DNA of 64,000 nt, from NCBI RefSeq assembly GCF_009914755.1, contig NC_060925.1, one strand, 5' to 3'. The translations under genes and the position numbers were made by a program. The notes below the pieces were generated by a model, which did no database searches, was not told the DNA's origin, and saw nothing but the letters and a program-made list of their open reading frames with translations. This DNA comes from the human T2T-CHM13v2.0 reference genome, Homo sapiens. This document shows, in pieces, positions 42,134-54,615 of the stretch; the first letter of the stretch is position 1; each line of letters opens with the position of its first letter.

Positions 42134-43403
42134 GTTTTATACTTATATAAGATATGTTTACTGATATATAATTAATTATATGTATATGAGACAATCTTGA
42201 TAAGACACTCAGTTTCTTTACTTCTTATGCATTCTCCCATTGTAAAAATGAAATGATTACTTCTCTGAATTTTGCAACCCTTCTTATTGTTTGCAAACAC
42301 TGAGAATGATTGGCAATGTCCTTGAGTAACTTTACTAATACAGGAGGGTAAATATTTAGAGCAATATATAGGGATTTAGTCTGTGATCCCCATTCTTGTA
42401 AAGTAATATAAATATTTACAGTGCATTTATCCCACAGTGTCTGTCCTAGGAGTGAATATAACGAAACAATAAAAACTATTTTTTAAAAAATAGTTATCTG
42501 CAGCCTTCACTCTACTTACATTTAAATTTGTGACTTAAATAACACAATGTAGAAGATATTAAGGCTTCCTAACATCTCAGAATTCAGTAAAACATAATCA
42601 GTCTAAATATGGCCAACACTCCCGAATGAGAGATAAATATGAAATTAGGGCTATGAGTAATTTATAAATAGTTTGAAGAAAAAATGTACATTTTTTAAAA
42701 GCCCAAGTGGAAAAATAGAAAAGTGGTTAATTATATTTCTTCACCTTATTCCCATAAGTGTAGAGAGTCAAGTCAGCATGACAAATTTAACATTTTTTAT
42801 TAATACAATATGTCATATACTCTGCTAGCGTAAAAATGCAAGTAAATTGACCTTAAACCATCCTGAAGATTTAAGGTCCATCGGAAGTTTTAAAGTAAGA
42901 AGATTTAAGGTAAATCAATCTGAAGTATCAGATTAGTAGAAGAGTAAGATGTTGTAGCATAACCTCTGTTTTAAGGCTAACAAAATTATATCATTTTTGC
43001 TTTCTCTCTGTTTTATTCACAGTACTGATTTGAAAAAAATTAAAAAGCTCTGATTTTGAATATAAGGAAACAACATCTTCTCAGAAACTAGCTAAGACAC
43101 TGATATTACTCTTCTTGCTATGAACTTATCTGCTCTTGAAAATATTTCTGGTTCCCCAACTTGGCTGTGTTGGTATCAGTTCCATTAGGTTAAAAACAAA
43201 GCAAAACAAAACAACAACAACAATAAAAAAAACTCTCATAAAAGTTGCTTGCAGTAGTATGTTCTGTAGAGTATTTCACCTTGCTTGGTCTGGTTCAAGG
43301 AGCAAAATGGGAATCCTATCCTACCAAATGCCTTTCCAACTCACTCATAGAGAAGCCTCTTCTGTGCATTAATCCACTATGTGCTCATCACTACTGTTGA
43401 CCT

Positions 43404-43874
43404 TGAAGAGGTTAAAATATGCTATTCTGGCATATTGGCTATTTAAGTTTAAAGTGGTTTAAAAAACAACACGTACAAAAGATCACTTTGACCTCTGTGC
43501 TGTCTCTCAAAAGCAGAAGATAAAATTCCCATGTGAAAGACGCCCTCCCTTTACTAGAAAGATGCAAAATCTTTATATTCAAGGATGAGAAGTCAAAACT
43601 AAAAACTATGTAAAGATCTTGTTAAAATACCTCTTGTCTTTTAAGCCTCCCACATGATTTAGTTGCTTCTTCGCAACTAACTATTCTTTGTCCAATTCAG
43701 TGTTTAAGTAACTGACCCTAACTGCCTCTTTGGGTCTTTATTTCCTTATGAGAGCTTCCATGCCCTGTAAAATTTGTATTACACTTTTATCTTGTTAATC
43801 TATCTAATGTCAATTTAATTCTCAGATCCAGCTGAAACCCCAAGGGGACGAAGGTGGAATTTTTTGCCCCTAGA
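43404..43874 (+). mobile_element. MER34-type ERV1 solo LTR inserted in an L2 relic
   Basis: TGAAGAGGTTAAAATATGCTATTCTGGCATATTG...CTTGTTAATCTATCT...GCCCCTAG; ACCT on both flanks; L2 3' end (CCCCACTAGACAGTAAATTCCT) resumes at ~43880-44030. Confidence 0.7.
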
Positions 43875-45489
43875 CCTACTCTTTGCACCATATTATATTT
43901 GTTTATATAGCTACTTTCCCCACTAGACAGTAAATTCCTTAATATAGGGAGTATGTCTTAAATATATGTATCCCTAATACCTTACACTATTTTTGACACC
44001 AAATTCTCCTCGAAATAAATCTTTGACTATTTAAATAATTTTCACCAAGGTTTATATGTATTCATAACCCTATCCTGAATGTGTTAGAAAACATGGCTTA
44101 GTTAAGAACTTGCATTTATATGAAAATTAACATTCCATTGAATAAATCTAATTGTCTCTTGTTTGACACTGAAGACTATCTAAATAAAATTCCAAGCCAT
44201 TCTATACTGTTGTAATTCAGGTTTTACATAGTCAATTATCACATAAAACAGTTTTGCACAACTAACTCTCATGGGATTTCAATTTTCAAAATGTTAACCA
44301 GAGATACCACTTTAGTTTTCCAGTGAAATGATCCATGGCATAAAATGTGTGTGTGCATTTACATGTGTGTGTGCATGTTTCGCCCAGACAGAATTATACA
44401 TAATATTTAAATTAATAAAAAAACAGCATATTTCTCTTCCAATAACAGAATAGGGAGAAAATGTTATAAAAGTTAACTTATTACAAAACTATTTATTTAC
44501 TAGGAGAGAAAAACGTAAATACATCAAATAGACACACCTATTTTTTAGCTTTAGAGAAATGAGTTAGGGGCCAGGTATAGGGCACTGAAACTGCCTAAGC
44601 CAGTAAAGAGACTACCATGTGATTTAGCATAAAACACAAACATACCTACTCACCAGACATTGCTTTGTAAACAGTACTTACCGCTAAAAGAAACTAGGAC
44701 TCCCTGAAGAAATGGTTGATTCCCAGGTGACGGCAGGGAAATTTCAGATGAGCCTAAACATCTTATTATATTAAGCCAGAAAGTAGAAATTCCTTTATTT
44801 TTCAGATATAAAGAATACTGTTTTAAAGAATCATAGGTAGGTATCAAAAGGGCACAGGGCCTAGCTTAAAGGAGATTACATTTCATTAAATCTGGGACAG
44901 TTTGGACATCAAAATAAATACAGAGTAATGAATTATGGCATAGAATAAAGCAAGAATCCATGAGTCTATACTTATGTGAAAAGGTAACAAATCTTTTGTA
45001 AGAAATGGGACATTGACCTAGTCTCAAAATATCTCCCCACTAACGCTTACTAATTATAAGACTTAAAAAATGAGTAGAGAAGCCTATCAAACACCACTTT
45101 AATTGAGCATTAAAGTGAATATTACCAAGTAATAGAACAAGTAGAATTTGTGCCTCCAGCAGATAGGAATGTCTGGGAACACAGCATCACTCCTGTAGTA
45201 TTCCTTACAAAGATGCCTAGTCTGAATGTAATAAAAAAAATTTAGGCAAATCTAAATATAATGACATTTTGTATAATAACTGACCTGTAGTCTTCCAAAG
45301 CACTAAAGTCATGAAAGACGGTGTGAGGAGCTATTCCAGATCAAAAGAGGTTAAAAAATAAATGCAACACTTATTTTTGAACTGGATCTTTTTGGTATAA
45401 GGAATATTTGATAGGATGGAGGGTAGTTGGCAAAACTTGAATGGGGTTTGAGGATTAGATGTTTGCAATATATTTTTCTATTAATAGTT

Positions 45490-46050
45490 TTTTATTTCTG
45501 TATATGTGGTCCACTCTCAGCCTAGTGGCAGAAAGCCATAATGACTTCATAATGCTCATAAATCCTGTGGGTTAAGAAATTGAAAAGGACTCAGTGGAAA
45601 TAATCTGATTCTGTTCCATGATACTGGGGGCTTCAGCTGAAAAAGCTTGCGGGCTGAAAGCAGGAATCCTCTGAAGGCTTGCGAAGTACAGGTCTAGTGG
45701 TTGAACTTGGACCTAAATAATGGACCTAAAGTATTTAGGCTGTTGGCTTAGAACCCAGAACTCACTTCAGAATCTCCACATTGTTACATGGGCTTCCTCA
45801 CAGCATAGTGACTGCATCTCAATAGCGAGTGTATTAGGAGAATCAGCTAAAATTCTTTAAACTATTTATGCATTAGCCTCATAAGTCTCAGAGCCTTCCC
45901 AGATTCAAGAACAGGAAATAAAGACCTTCTCACCTTTCCTTTTCCAGGTCAAAACCACACATTTGATAGCAGGAGGATGAAACTCACTTTGTAATAAGAG
46001 CATGCAAGACAGAAGGGAGATTGAGTTGCAGTTGTTTTTAGAAAATAAAA
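45490..46050 (-). mobile_element. MLT1F/G-type MaLR LTR
   Basis: TGCTCATAAATCCTGTGGGTTAAGAAATTG...TGGGCTTCCTCACAGCATAGTG...CCCAGATTCAAG. Confidence 0.7.
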
Positions 46051-46055
46051 TCTGT

Positions 46056-46335
46056 AAATCAAATACTGCCTGTTCTCACTTATTAAGTAGGAGTTAAAAA
46101 ATGGGTGTACATGCACACAGAGGTGAAACAATAGATAATGGAGACTCCAAAAGGAAGGAAGGAGGGAGGCGGAAGGGAAGGGTTAAAAAACTACTTATTG
46201 GGCACAATGATTATTATTTGAGTGATGGGTTCAATAGAAGCCACACTCCAAAATTAGGCAATATACCTATGTAACAAACTTGCACATGTACTCCCTGAAT
46301 CTAAAATAATTTTTAAAAACAAAATAAAATAAAAT
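46056..46335 (+). mobile_element. L1PB-type 3' end
   Basis: AAATACTGCCTGTTCTCACTTA...GTAACAAACTTGCACATGTACTCCCTGAATCTAAAATAA; approximate TSD AAAATAAAAT(TT)CTGT. Confidence 0.85.
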
Positions 46336-47144
46336 TTCTGTCATTTGTAATTATAATTATTTTGAGAGTGGTGCTGTGGCTTTGTAAGATAGTGACCTCA
46401 TATGTAGGAAGTCCATACTTAAATATTCATGGTCAATGAGGCATTATGTTGACCACTTACCCACAAATAGTTCAGAAAAAAAAAATGGAAATGTCTTTTT
46501 CTTACATACTTTTGTAAGTTTTTAATTGTTTTAAAACAAAAAAGTACAACAAATAAATAGCTAAAAATATAAATGGAGGTTATCAGGAGGACCTGATTTA
46601 CATTACTTTGCAAAATAGAAATCGAGAAAGTCAGGTAAGAATACACCTGCATGTGTGTTAAGCTACAACCTGAGGCTGTGAATATAAGGCTTTAGTTAAA
46701 TATGAACATTTGAATCAGATGCTCAAAGGTAATCAGCCATAGACATATCCTGTTTCTTACTTCACCTTCACCAGGGTATTTAGAAATTCATGGAATAATT
46801 TTTTATTTTCACAGTAAATGGGAGGCACTGTTGGAATTTAGTGGGAACTGTAATGGCAAATATCCCGTTCTTGGTACATCAAGAATTGTGTATCCAACAT
46901 GATGCTACTAACACTTCCTTCAAAATAAACTGCTGGTATGCATAAGTGAATTAAGCAGGAGAGTTACATAAATATATCGTAAACAAGTAGAATAATATTC
47001 TTTAGAACAGTAGAAATAAAATATAACATTGTTTTATATGATGTGAGATAATGCATTAATAATGGAAATAGAATTACAACTGATAATTGGATTATCTAGT
47101 CTCAAAAGGTAGAGTTTGGTATCACAGATATTTTTGTTGCCACA

Positions 47145-47340
47145 GTGATATTAGTTGTGTAAGACACTAAAGACACAGGTTTTATGGACAGATCTGGTCC
47201 ATATTACTTACTGGTTAGTAACCTTGGACAAATTACTTACATTCTTCAAGCTGTCTTTTTATTTTTCTGTAAAACAGGACTAATAGTCTATAGTATTCTT
47301 GGGAGACAATGAACCTAAAGTATTTAGCACAATAAATTCT
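47145..47340 (+). mobile_element. MIR
   Basis: TTACTGGTTAGTAACCTTGGACAAATTACTT...TCTGTAAAACAGGACTAATAGT. Confidence 0.7.
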
Positions 47341-47354
47341 TCATATTTAATAGA

Positions 47355-47749
<395 letters not shown>

Positions 47750-48048
47750 TCATCTACCAAGGGGAATTTCACTATTATTGTCTAAACATTTCAGAGTATT
47801 CCTAAAGGGGGAAATTCGGAGTAGGATTTCAGCTTCTACTTCCAGTAGAAACTTTAAAAGAATTCATGTAAAGAAAGAAAATTCTTTTTATCTATTTCAC
47901 AGAGAACATATTGAAGTTTTAAATTTAATGTAAATGCAGGAAAGATTGAAGAAAGTATTTTTCAGGTTAGAAAGACAGAATTGAAGAATCACACATCAAA
48001 TCTATCTTCCTAGGTATAATGTTTATATTACTTTAAATTCCCAAGTGA

Positions 48049-48400
<352 letters not shown>

Positions 48401-48412
48401 TTATCCTCCAGA

Positions 48413-48710
48413 GCTGGACTGTCCGGTGGAAATATAATGAGAGCCATATATTTAATTTTAACTTTAGTAGTATTTACATAAAAAGTAAAGTTAAAAAGAT
48501 GAAGCTAATTTTAACATTTTGTTTAACCCAACATAATCAAATTATTTCAACATGTAACAGATATTTAAAATTATTGAGTTTTTAAAATATTCTTTCTTTT
48601 GGAATGTCTTTAAAATCGAATGTGTATTTTACACTTAGCTATGTCTCAGTTGGACTAACTGCATTTCAAAAGTGCTCAATAGCCACGTATTTTGTGTGGC
48701 TGCTATATAT
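48413..48710. mobile_element. MER33 (hAT-Charlie)
   Basis: GAAATATAATGAGAGCCA...TTTAACCCAA...TGTGTATTTTACACTTA...GTGCTCAATAGCCACGT. Confidence 0.8.
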
Positions 48711-48856
48711 AACATATATATAACATATTATATATGTATATATATAAAACATATGTATAACATATTATATATGTGTATATAAAACATATATATAACATTA
48801 TATATAACATTATAAATAATTATAACATATTATAAATAAACATATATATAACATAA
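48705..48856. repeat. AT-rich (TATAACATAT)-like tandem tract
   Basis: Seen directly. Confidence 0.9.
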
Positions 48857-49077
48857 TTTTTTTTAGTTATTTCTGTTATCCACATATTTGGGGAATATAT
48901 TGTATCAAATAAACTTTTTTAAGCCAGTCATTTAATTTGAATACATATGAATAAAACAAATTTTTTTTCAATCTTAGAACCCTTGGAATTGTATATCTCT
49001 ACAAATTTGAAAAAAAATATTATTTTATCAGTGCCTAATTGTTTTCATCTCCATTAGCCTTAGTAGTCTCCCAAGCA

Positions 49078-49114
49078 TTGTGTGTCTGCGTGTGTGTGTG
49101 TGTGTGTGTGTGTG
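49078..49114. repeat. (TG)n microsatellite
   Basis: Seen directly. Confidence 0.95.
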
Positions 49115-50159
49115 ACCACTCTGGATTCTATATCATCTTCCTCTCTGAATGACTAACACTTTAGTTTTACTTCCAACTTTAAAACCAAATGAAATTTAGT
49201 ACTTCAATTTTTCTCTGTGGCTTCTAACATATTTCTTCTGTTCTGAACCAGTGGAGAATAACGACAGGCAGTAGAATTTCTCTATGCCCTAAACCATCCT
49301 CACTTATTCTGCTTACTGCATCAGAGATTCCCTAACTGAAGTCTCACATGTTCCCTAGAAATTTAACAGTAAACAGAGCAATACTCAATGTACTCCACCC
49401 ATCAATTCATATACACACAGCTAGTTACTCAACCAGGGCTCATGGTGGGGGTAATGAAGTGTTTCCTTTGCATCCCAGAAATAGACACAAATTTATTTCA
49501 GAGCAATGAAACAGACACTTTTGCCAAAAGAGCAGTTTGTTTTCAAGACTTTTCTTGACTGGTGTCAATGCTGTTACTGCTTTTCCCCTCTCTTAGCTTG
49601 TGACTATCCCCAATTTTGAAAATATGTGGCTCCTCTAAATGCTATATTTGAAAAAACAAGAAGCCCTTATTATGTGACTCAAAATAATAGAAATCCACTT
49701 TTTTACTTAACATTATGTGCCCTAGAAATTTCCTGATTATCCTTTTTCTAGTTAGATTTAGCTAGGACTAGATAGCACCTTTGATTATTAATTGGAAAAT
49801 AAGGCAACGTCTACTTTTCTTGATGCATTTAGACCAAGAGAACATACAAAATTCAGACATGAAACACAGAATTTTGGTATAAAAATTAGTGTTGGGAGGT
49901 TGATTTCTATAGTTGATAGAACAGGTGAAGCAAATCAATAGTCTATCTGAATGTTCTATTTTCATGAGAAATAAATCTATTGCTCATTGGGATAAGTAAT
50001 CTTAAATAAACAATTGTATTCTGCTCTTTAGAAAGCTCCCTTTCTCTTTGTAGTCCACTTATTAATAGGACTAAAAACAGTAAAATATTATTTTTTTCAA
50101 ATATATATTATTCTCGATGGCTGCCTCAGTTTTCATCTTGTATTGTTTCTATTTGTAAA

Positions 50160-53100
50160 GTTTGTACTGGTACTCCAGGCAAGCAGAATGACATAGTCAC
50201 CTAAAATTATTTCTTTAGCTACTTGTATTCAAGCACCTAGAAAGGGAAAAACTACATGACAAGTGGTTGCTACCATGAAACAGTTTTGTAAAAATAAGCA
50301 GTAAAATTGAGTTGGTTCATTGCTTATAAAGTGCAGTGAAAAAATCATGGGGGAAAATGATATGCTCAAATGATAAATCCATACCTACTCAAGTTCAAGG
50401 GATTAGAAAACCTCTATGAATTTTCTGTAAGAAACTCTTATTTCTTATGGCTTCATGGTTGAGATTTCAGAAAACTAAACCCAAAGTCTATTCCTACGAA
50501 TAGCTGAATTATAATACAAATTGGATTCTCCTGTTCATAGGATTCCTAATGTTAGATATAGGGCATTGTTAGGGAAGGACTTAATTTCTGAGAATTGGGA
50601 TGAGAACATAGAGGCGTATTTCCATGAAGCTGGAGACCTTAAACTGGTACATTCTATTGAACCATATTTGACAGTGGGTGTAGCCTTTTTCCCTCTCCCA
50701 GGAAGTTAGGCTTCCCTTGCTTGAAGAACTTGAAATGCCTATTTTTAAGGGACTGTTTATCCTCCTCAGAGGGATCATAGCCTCTAAACCTATAGCTAGA
50801 CTTATGTACCAATTGGCCCCAGAGGATGAATTACGAAGTATGAACAACTGGTACTTTAATACACACCAAAGTAATTGCATTATTTTTTCAATTTCTATAG
50901 ACAGAAGCCTGGGGAACACTATGTGGAAATGGGTCCTAAGGGTATTGGGTTCAGTTGGAAAGAAAATAATATTTGATGAGGTTGAATTTATTGACGTGAG
51001 AATCTCATTTGCATCTATTAGCTCAAATGGCAAGGAGAGGTTCCAAAGTTTACTGCTGACTGGCATATGGATCCAAATGAAGTCTGCATAGGAAAACTGA
51101 AATGCCAGAACTTTCTGGGTGTACAATAGAGGAAGTTGTCCAAAGATATAGGGAAATTTAAATGAAAGACTGGATTTATTACGTAAAAGTTTCCTGCTGT
51201 CCTCTCAATATATTCTCTTTAAGAGTCTATTAGAGAAGATACTCCTCCTTCATAAAGGTCATCAGAACATTCATGAGGGGAGGTTTGAAGATTTGTGTTA
51301 AGGCTCTTTATTCTTGACGAATATTGTTGTATTTGTTCCCTGTGATCTACAAATGAAAATGAGAAATGCCACCATCGTGGGAAAGGTCCCTTTATGCAAT
51401 AGAGAGGATGAGATATCAAGGTGGCTACAGCCAAATGAGGGCTTCAAATTATCAAAGACACATAGGTGCTGTTAATGGACACATAGTTGCAGTAATCCGA
51501 AAAGTCTTATCTGAAGACATATTTGGCATTGACTATTGGGTCATGTTGCCCTATATGGATGGCCTATTAAAGATATTTCTGATTTGTGTTAGTTGAATAG
51601 CTCTAGGTCTGGTGAGCAGAAGTCTGACTTGAATTATCATGTATAGGTTTGGTTCCTCAATCAATTCCCTGATTATGCCATTTCACTGGCCCAGAGCACT
51701 TTGAGTGAAAGGGTGGTTTGTGGTGGTTTGTTCCCTTAGAGGATGGATAATGCTACAAAGCCAAAATGTTTTATCCTTCCTCCTGACTTTCCCTTATGTG
51801 ACCTCTGAAGACATTTCCCAGAGTCTTTGCATTGGAATAGGGAAATTGTCAGAATTTAGAATAATTACCAAACACAAGATCTGCACTGATATTAATTCCT
51901 AAAGATCAAAAATTTCACTGCGGTTTACTGGTCATAGTAGGAGCTTATGGAGGTCAACCATCATGGGAGTTTTGCCTTAAATCTATATGAAATGAGTCTA
52001 CAGCACTGCTACATTGCCGTCTACATTTTAGCCTGCACTATGAGTTCTCAGGTAGTTTCCTATTCTCAGTTGACTGAGGAAAAAAAATGTTCAACCCCAG
52101 TTTATAGATAAAAATGTGTGCTATGCAAAAATAGATGTTGGCAGCCTTGCGGTACAACTACATGATAGCCCTGAAGGGTCATGATGATGGCAAACCCCTC
52201 CCATAGGCAGAACTCCAAGAAATGTGCTCAGTTGGTTATTTTGTCTTGAATATATCTTTGTGAGAGTTATGGATCCCCAGATATACTTGCAAGCAGTGGC
52301 TAAGAACTTTGCTAAATGTTCAAAGATTGAATGAAGGGTAATTGACAACTGGTGACAAGGATGACTAGAGAATATATGTGTATGTAAATAGAGCTTTCTG
52401 AATGGTTACAGAGTATGAAGATGTTTGTACCCCAAGTGAATCTCACCAAACAGTAATCTCTTATCAGAAGATAATTTTAATAAGTATGTGAACAAGGAAA
52501 CCCAGTGCGTGGATGCCATGCTAGCTTCTTACTCCAGCCAACCCAGTCATTTCCCAATGAACTCACGAATAAAGTGCTCATGCCATTGAGACAGAGCTTA
52601 AGTATGGCTCAACACTATGGTCTTCTATTTTCTAAAGGTTATCTCACTATAACTATTGCCAAGTGGTCAACATGCCAAAAGTAGAAACTGACATTGAGAT
52701 CTCATTATAGCTCCATTCCCTAAAAGAGAATAGTAAGGTGTCATATGTCATGTTGATTGCATTGGACCATTTCTATCATGGAAGGAGCAACACCTTTTTT
52801 TCTCACTGAGACAGACACTTAATATCTGTATCTGCCTTTCTTGTCCATGATGCTTTTGCCAAAATCTATGAACTTACAGAATTCCTCACTCATGGAATTC
52901 AAACAGTGTTTCAAAGAAAGTGAAAGGAAGAAATTTGCGTATATTCATGGCATTCACTTATCTTACCATTTTGCTCATCACCTTGAAATAGCTTTCCTGA
53001 CAGAACAGTAAAATGTCCTACTGAAGTCTATGCTGGGACACTGTGGTAATGTTACTCAGGCTAAAGTGTAAACTTTAAATCAGTGATTACTCTATGGTTA

Positions 53101-54005
53101 TGTTTTTACCATAGCCAGAATTCACAAGTCCAGAAGTGAAAAGGTGAACAGTGAAGTGTCGTTTCTTACCCACCATTGTGATCCAGAAAGGTTTGCTTCC
53201 CATCCCTGCAACTGTGGACTCTGATGGTCTTCTTATTCCTGTTTCTAAAGGAAAAGGATTCTTCCAAAAGATAAACCAATAGTTTTGTTAAGCTTAGAGT
53301 TGAAATTTCACATAGATGTTTTGTGCCCTAATGCTAGTGAACCATCAGGGAAAAAAGAACCTTAGAGACAGGTAATTTATTGTGACTCTCAGGAGGTATT
53401 GGGGTGCTGCTGCACAATATGGGTGAGAATGGTCAAGTCTGAAATGAAGGAGATCTCATGAAATGCCTCTTAGAGCTCTTATCCTTGCTGATTAGAGTCA
53501 ACAGACAGCTAATCTGATGGGACAGAACTGCAAATGACCCAGACCATTTAGAAATGAAGTTTCGGGACAACACACCCTACAGGAAATAATGACTATCCAG
53601 AAGAATATGGAATGGCTAGTGGAAGAACTTTGGCCCTGACCAGTTAGAGCAATATGCACTGCAATAATTATAAACATTTATTTTTCACTTTCATATTGTC
53701 TGTGTATACATGTATCGATGTATTTCCCTCTCCTATTCCCCTATCATATAGCATTGTATGTGTTAGTAGTAGGATTTTTTTATAATTTCAGTGTTTAAGT
53801 TTTAATATACAAAACAATATGACTAATTTAAAAGAATAACTTATTTTTGAAAAGCAGCGACCTCTTTTGGGGAGCATGGTTGGCAAGTTTTCAGTTGTAC
53901 GAGGGGTCATTTCGCCTATTAGGCAAAAGCATGGTTTGTTCTTGTCTTTATTTAGAAGTTATTTGCTTAAAGAAAACTGTGTGGGTTAAATTTTGCCAAA
54001 GAGTA
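50160..54005 (+). mobile_element. Degraded ERVL internal region (gag, protease, RNase H, integrase, dUTPase relics; RT deleted)
   Basis: gag: RALLGKD..ENWD and WKWVLRV..GKKIIFDEVEFID (cf. ERVL WEWILRV..GRNIKLDQAEFID); protease GTAGGAGCTTATGGAGGTCA (VGAYGGQ); RNase H CAGTTGACTGAGGAA; integrase GTTGATTGCATTGGACCA (cf. VDYIGP); dUTPase relic ~53190-53450. Confidence 0.88.
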
Positions 54006-54006
54006 G

Positions 54007-54615
54007 ATTTTAGTGAATTTGCATTTTATCAGGTTACCTAAGCTAGGACTACGTTTTCCCTAGTTGTCTTTATTGTGTAGTTTGCTGTTAGTATTGTTAC
54101 AAGACACATTTGATTGCTTTCCAAAAGGCATAAGAGAATCACCAGCTGTACACTTTTATACTCTGAAACCTGTGCATGGTACCACAATAGCTTTAGAATG
54201 TTGTTGTCACTGATCTAGAGCTCACCTTGCTGCTCGTAACATCTGGACCTCTAGCTCCTGCAAATCTTCTTCAAAGTCTCTGAGTCCTAAGCCAAGTGCA
54301 CATGTAGCTCTGTGGTGAAAGGCAGCAGCTTTCATAACAAGTCTCCAATAGCTTCAAAGTAAGAGGTGGGAGAAGACAGATATTTCATCCTTTTGGGTTC
54401 CAATTTGCTACTAATCTTTTTCATATCCAGATTTTATTTTTAATTACTGTCTGGCCAAGCTATAATGACTTTAGATTCAACGCTAGACACAGGAGCATTA
54501 GCCAGCCAAAAATGTCCCATCAACTCCCATGGTTGCTTAGAGTCTAACTTTTGTAAATCATTTATTCTATACCCTTCACCTTGGTTCTCCTTTTCTTTGT
54601 ACCATGACTGTTACA
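54007..54615 (+). mobile_element. MLT2F-type ERVL 3' LTR
   Basis: CTAAGCTAGGACTACGTTT start motif, GGGTTCCAATTTG, TGGTTCT...CCATGACTGTTACA terminus; directly follows the ERVL internal region. Confidence 0.85.
54203..54346 (-). pseudogene. APOA4: Captured, degraded apolipoprotein A-IV-like coding fragment inside the LTR (not a functional gene)
   Basis: Minus-strand 54346-54263 translates GDLL*KLLPFTTELHVHLA*DSETLKKI vs recalled APOA4 [29 protein letters not shown]; further on AGGTGAGCTCTAGATCAGTGACAAC resembles EVSQKIGDN codons. Confidence 0.8.

Larger units (their letters stand above)
44530..46545 (+). mobile_element. L1MC/MD-type long 3' UTR, interrupted
   Basis: AAAAGAAACTAGGACTCCCTGAAGAAATGGTTGATTCCCAG; resumes ~46350-46545 ending TTTGTAAGTTTTTAATTGTTTTAAAAC. 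Confidence 0.75.

Noticed and set aside
50521-51126. Overlapping 62, 124 and 181-aa ORFs as a possible domesticated gag
   Set aside because: Frameshifted ERVL gag fragments with stops; the 181-aa ORF is antisense to gag.
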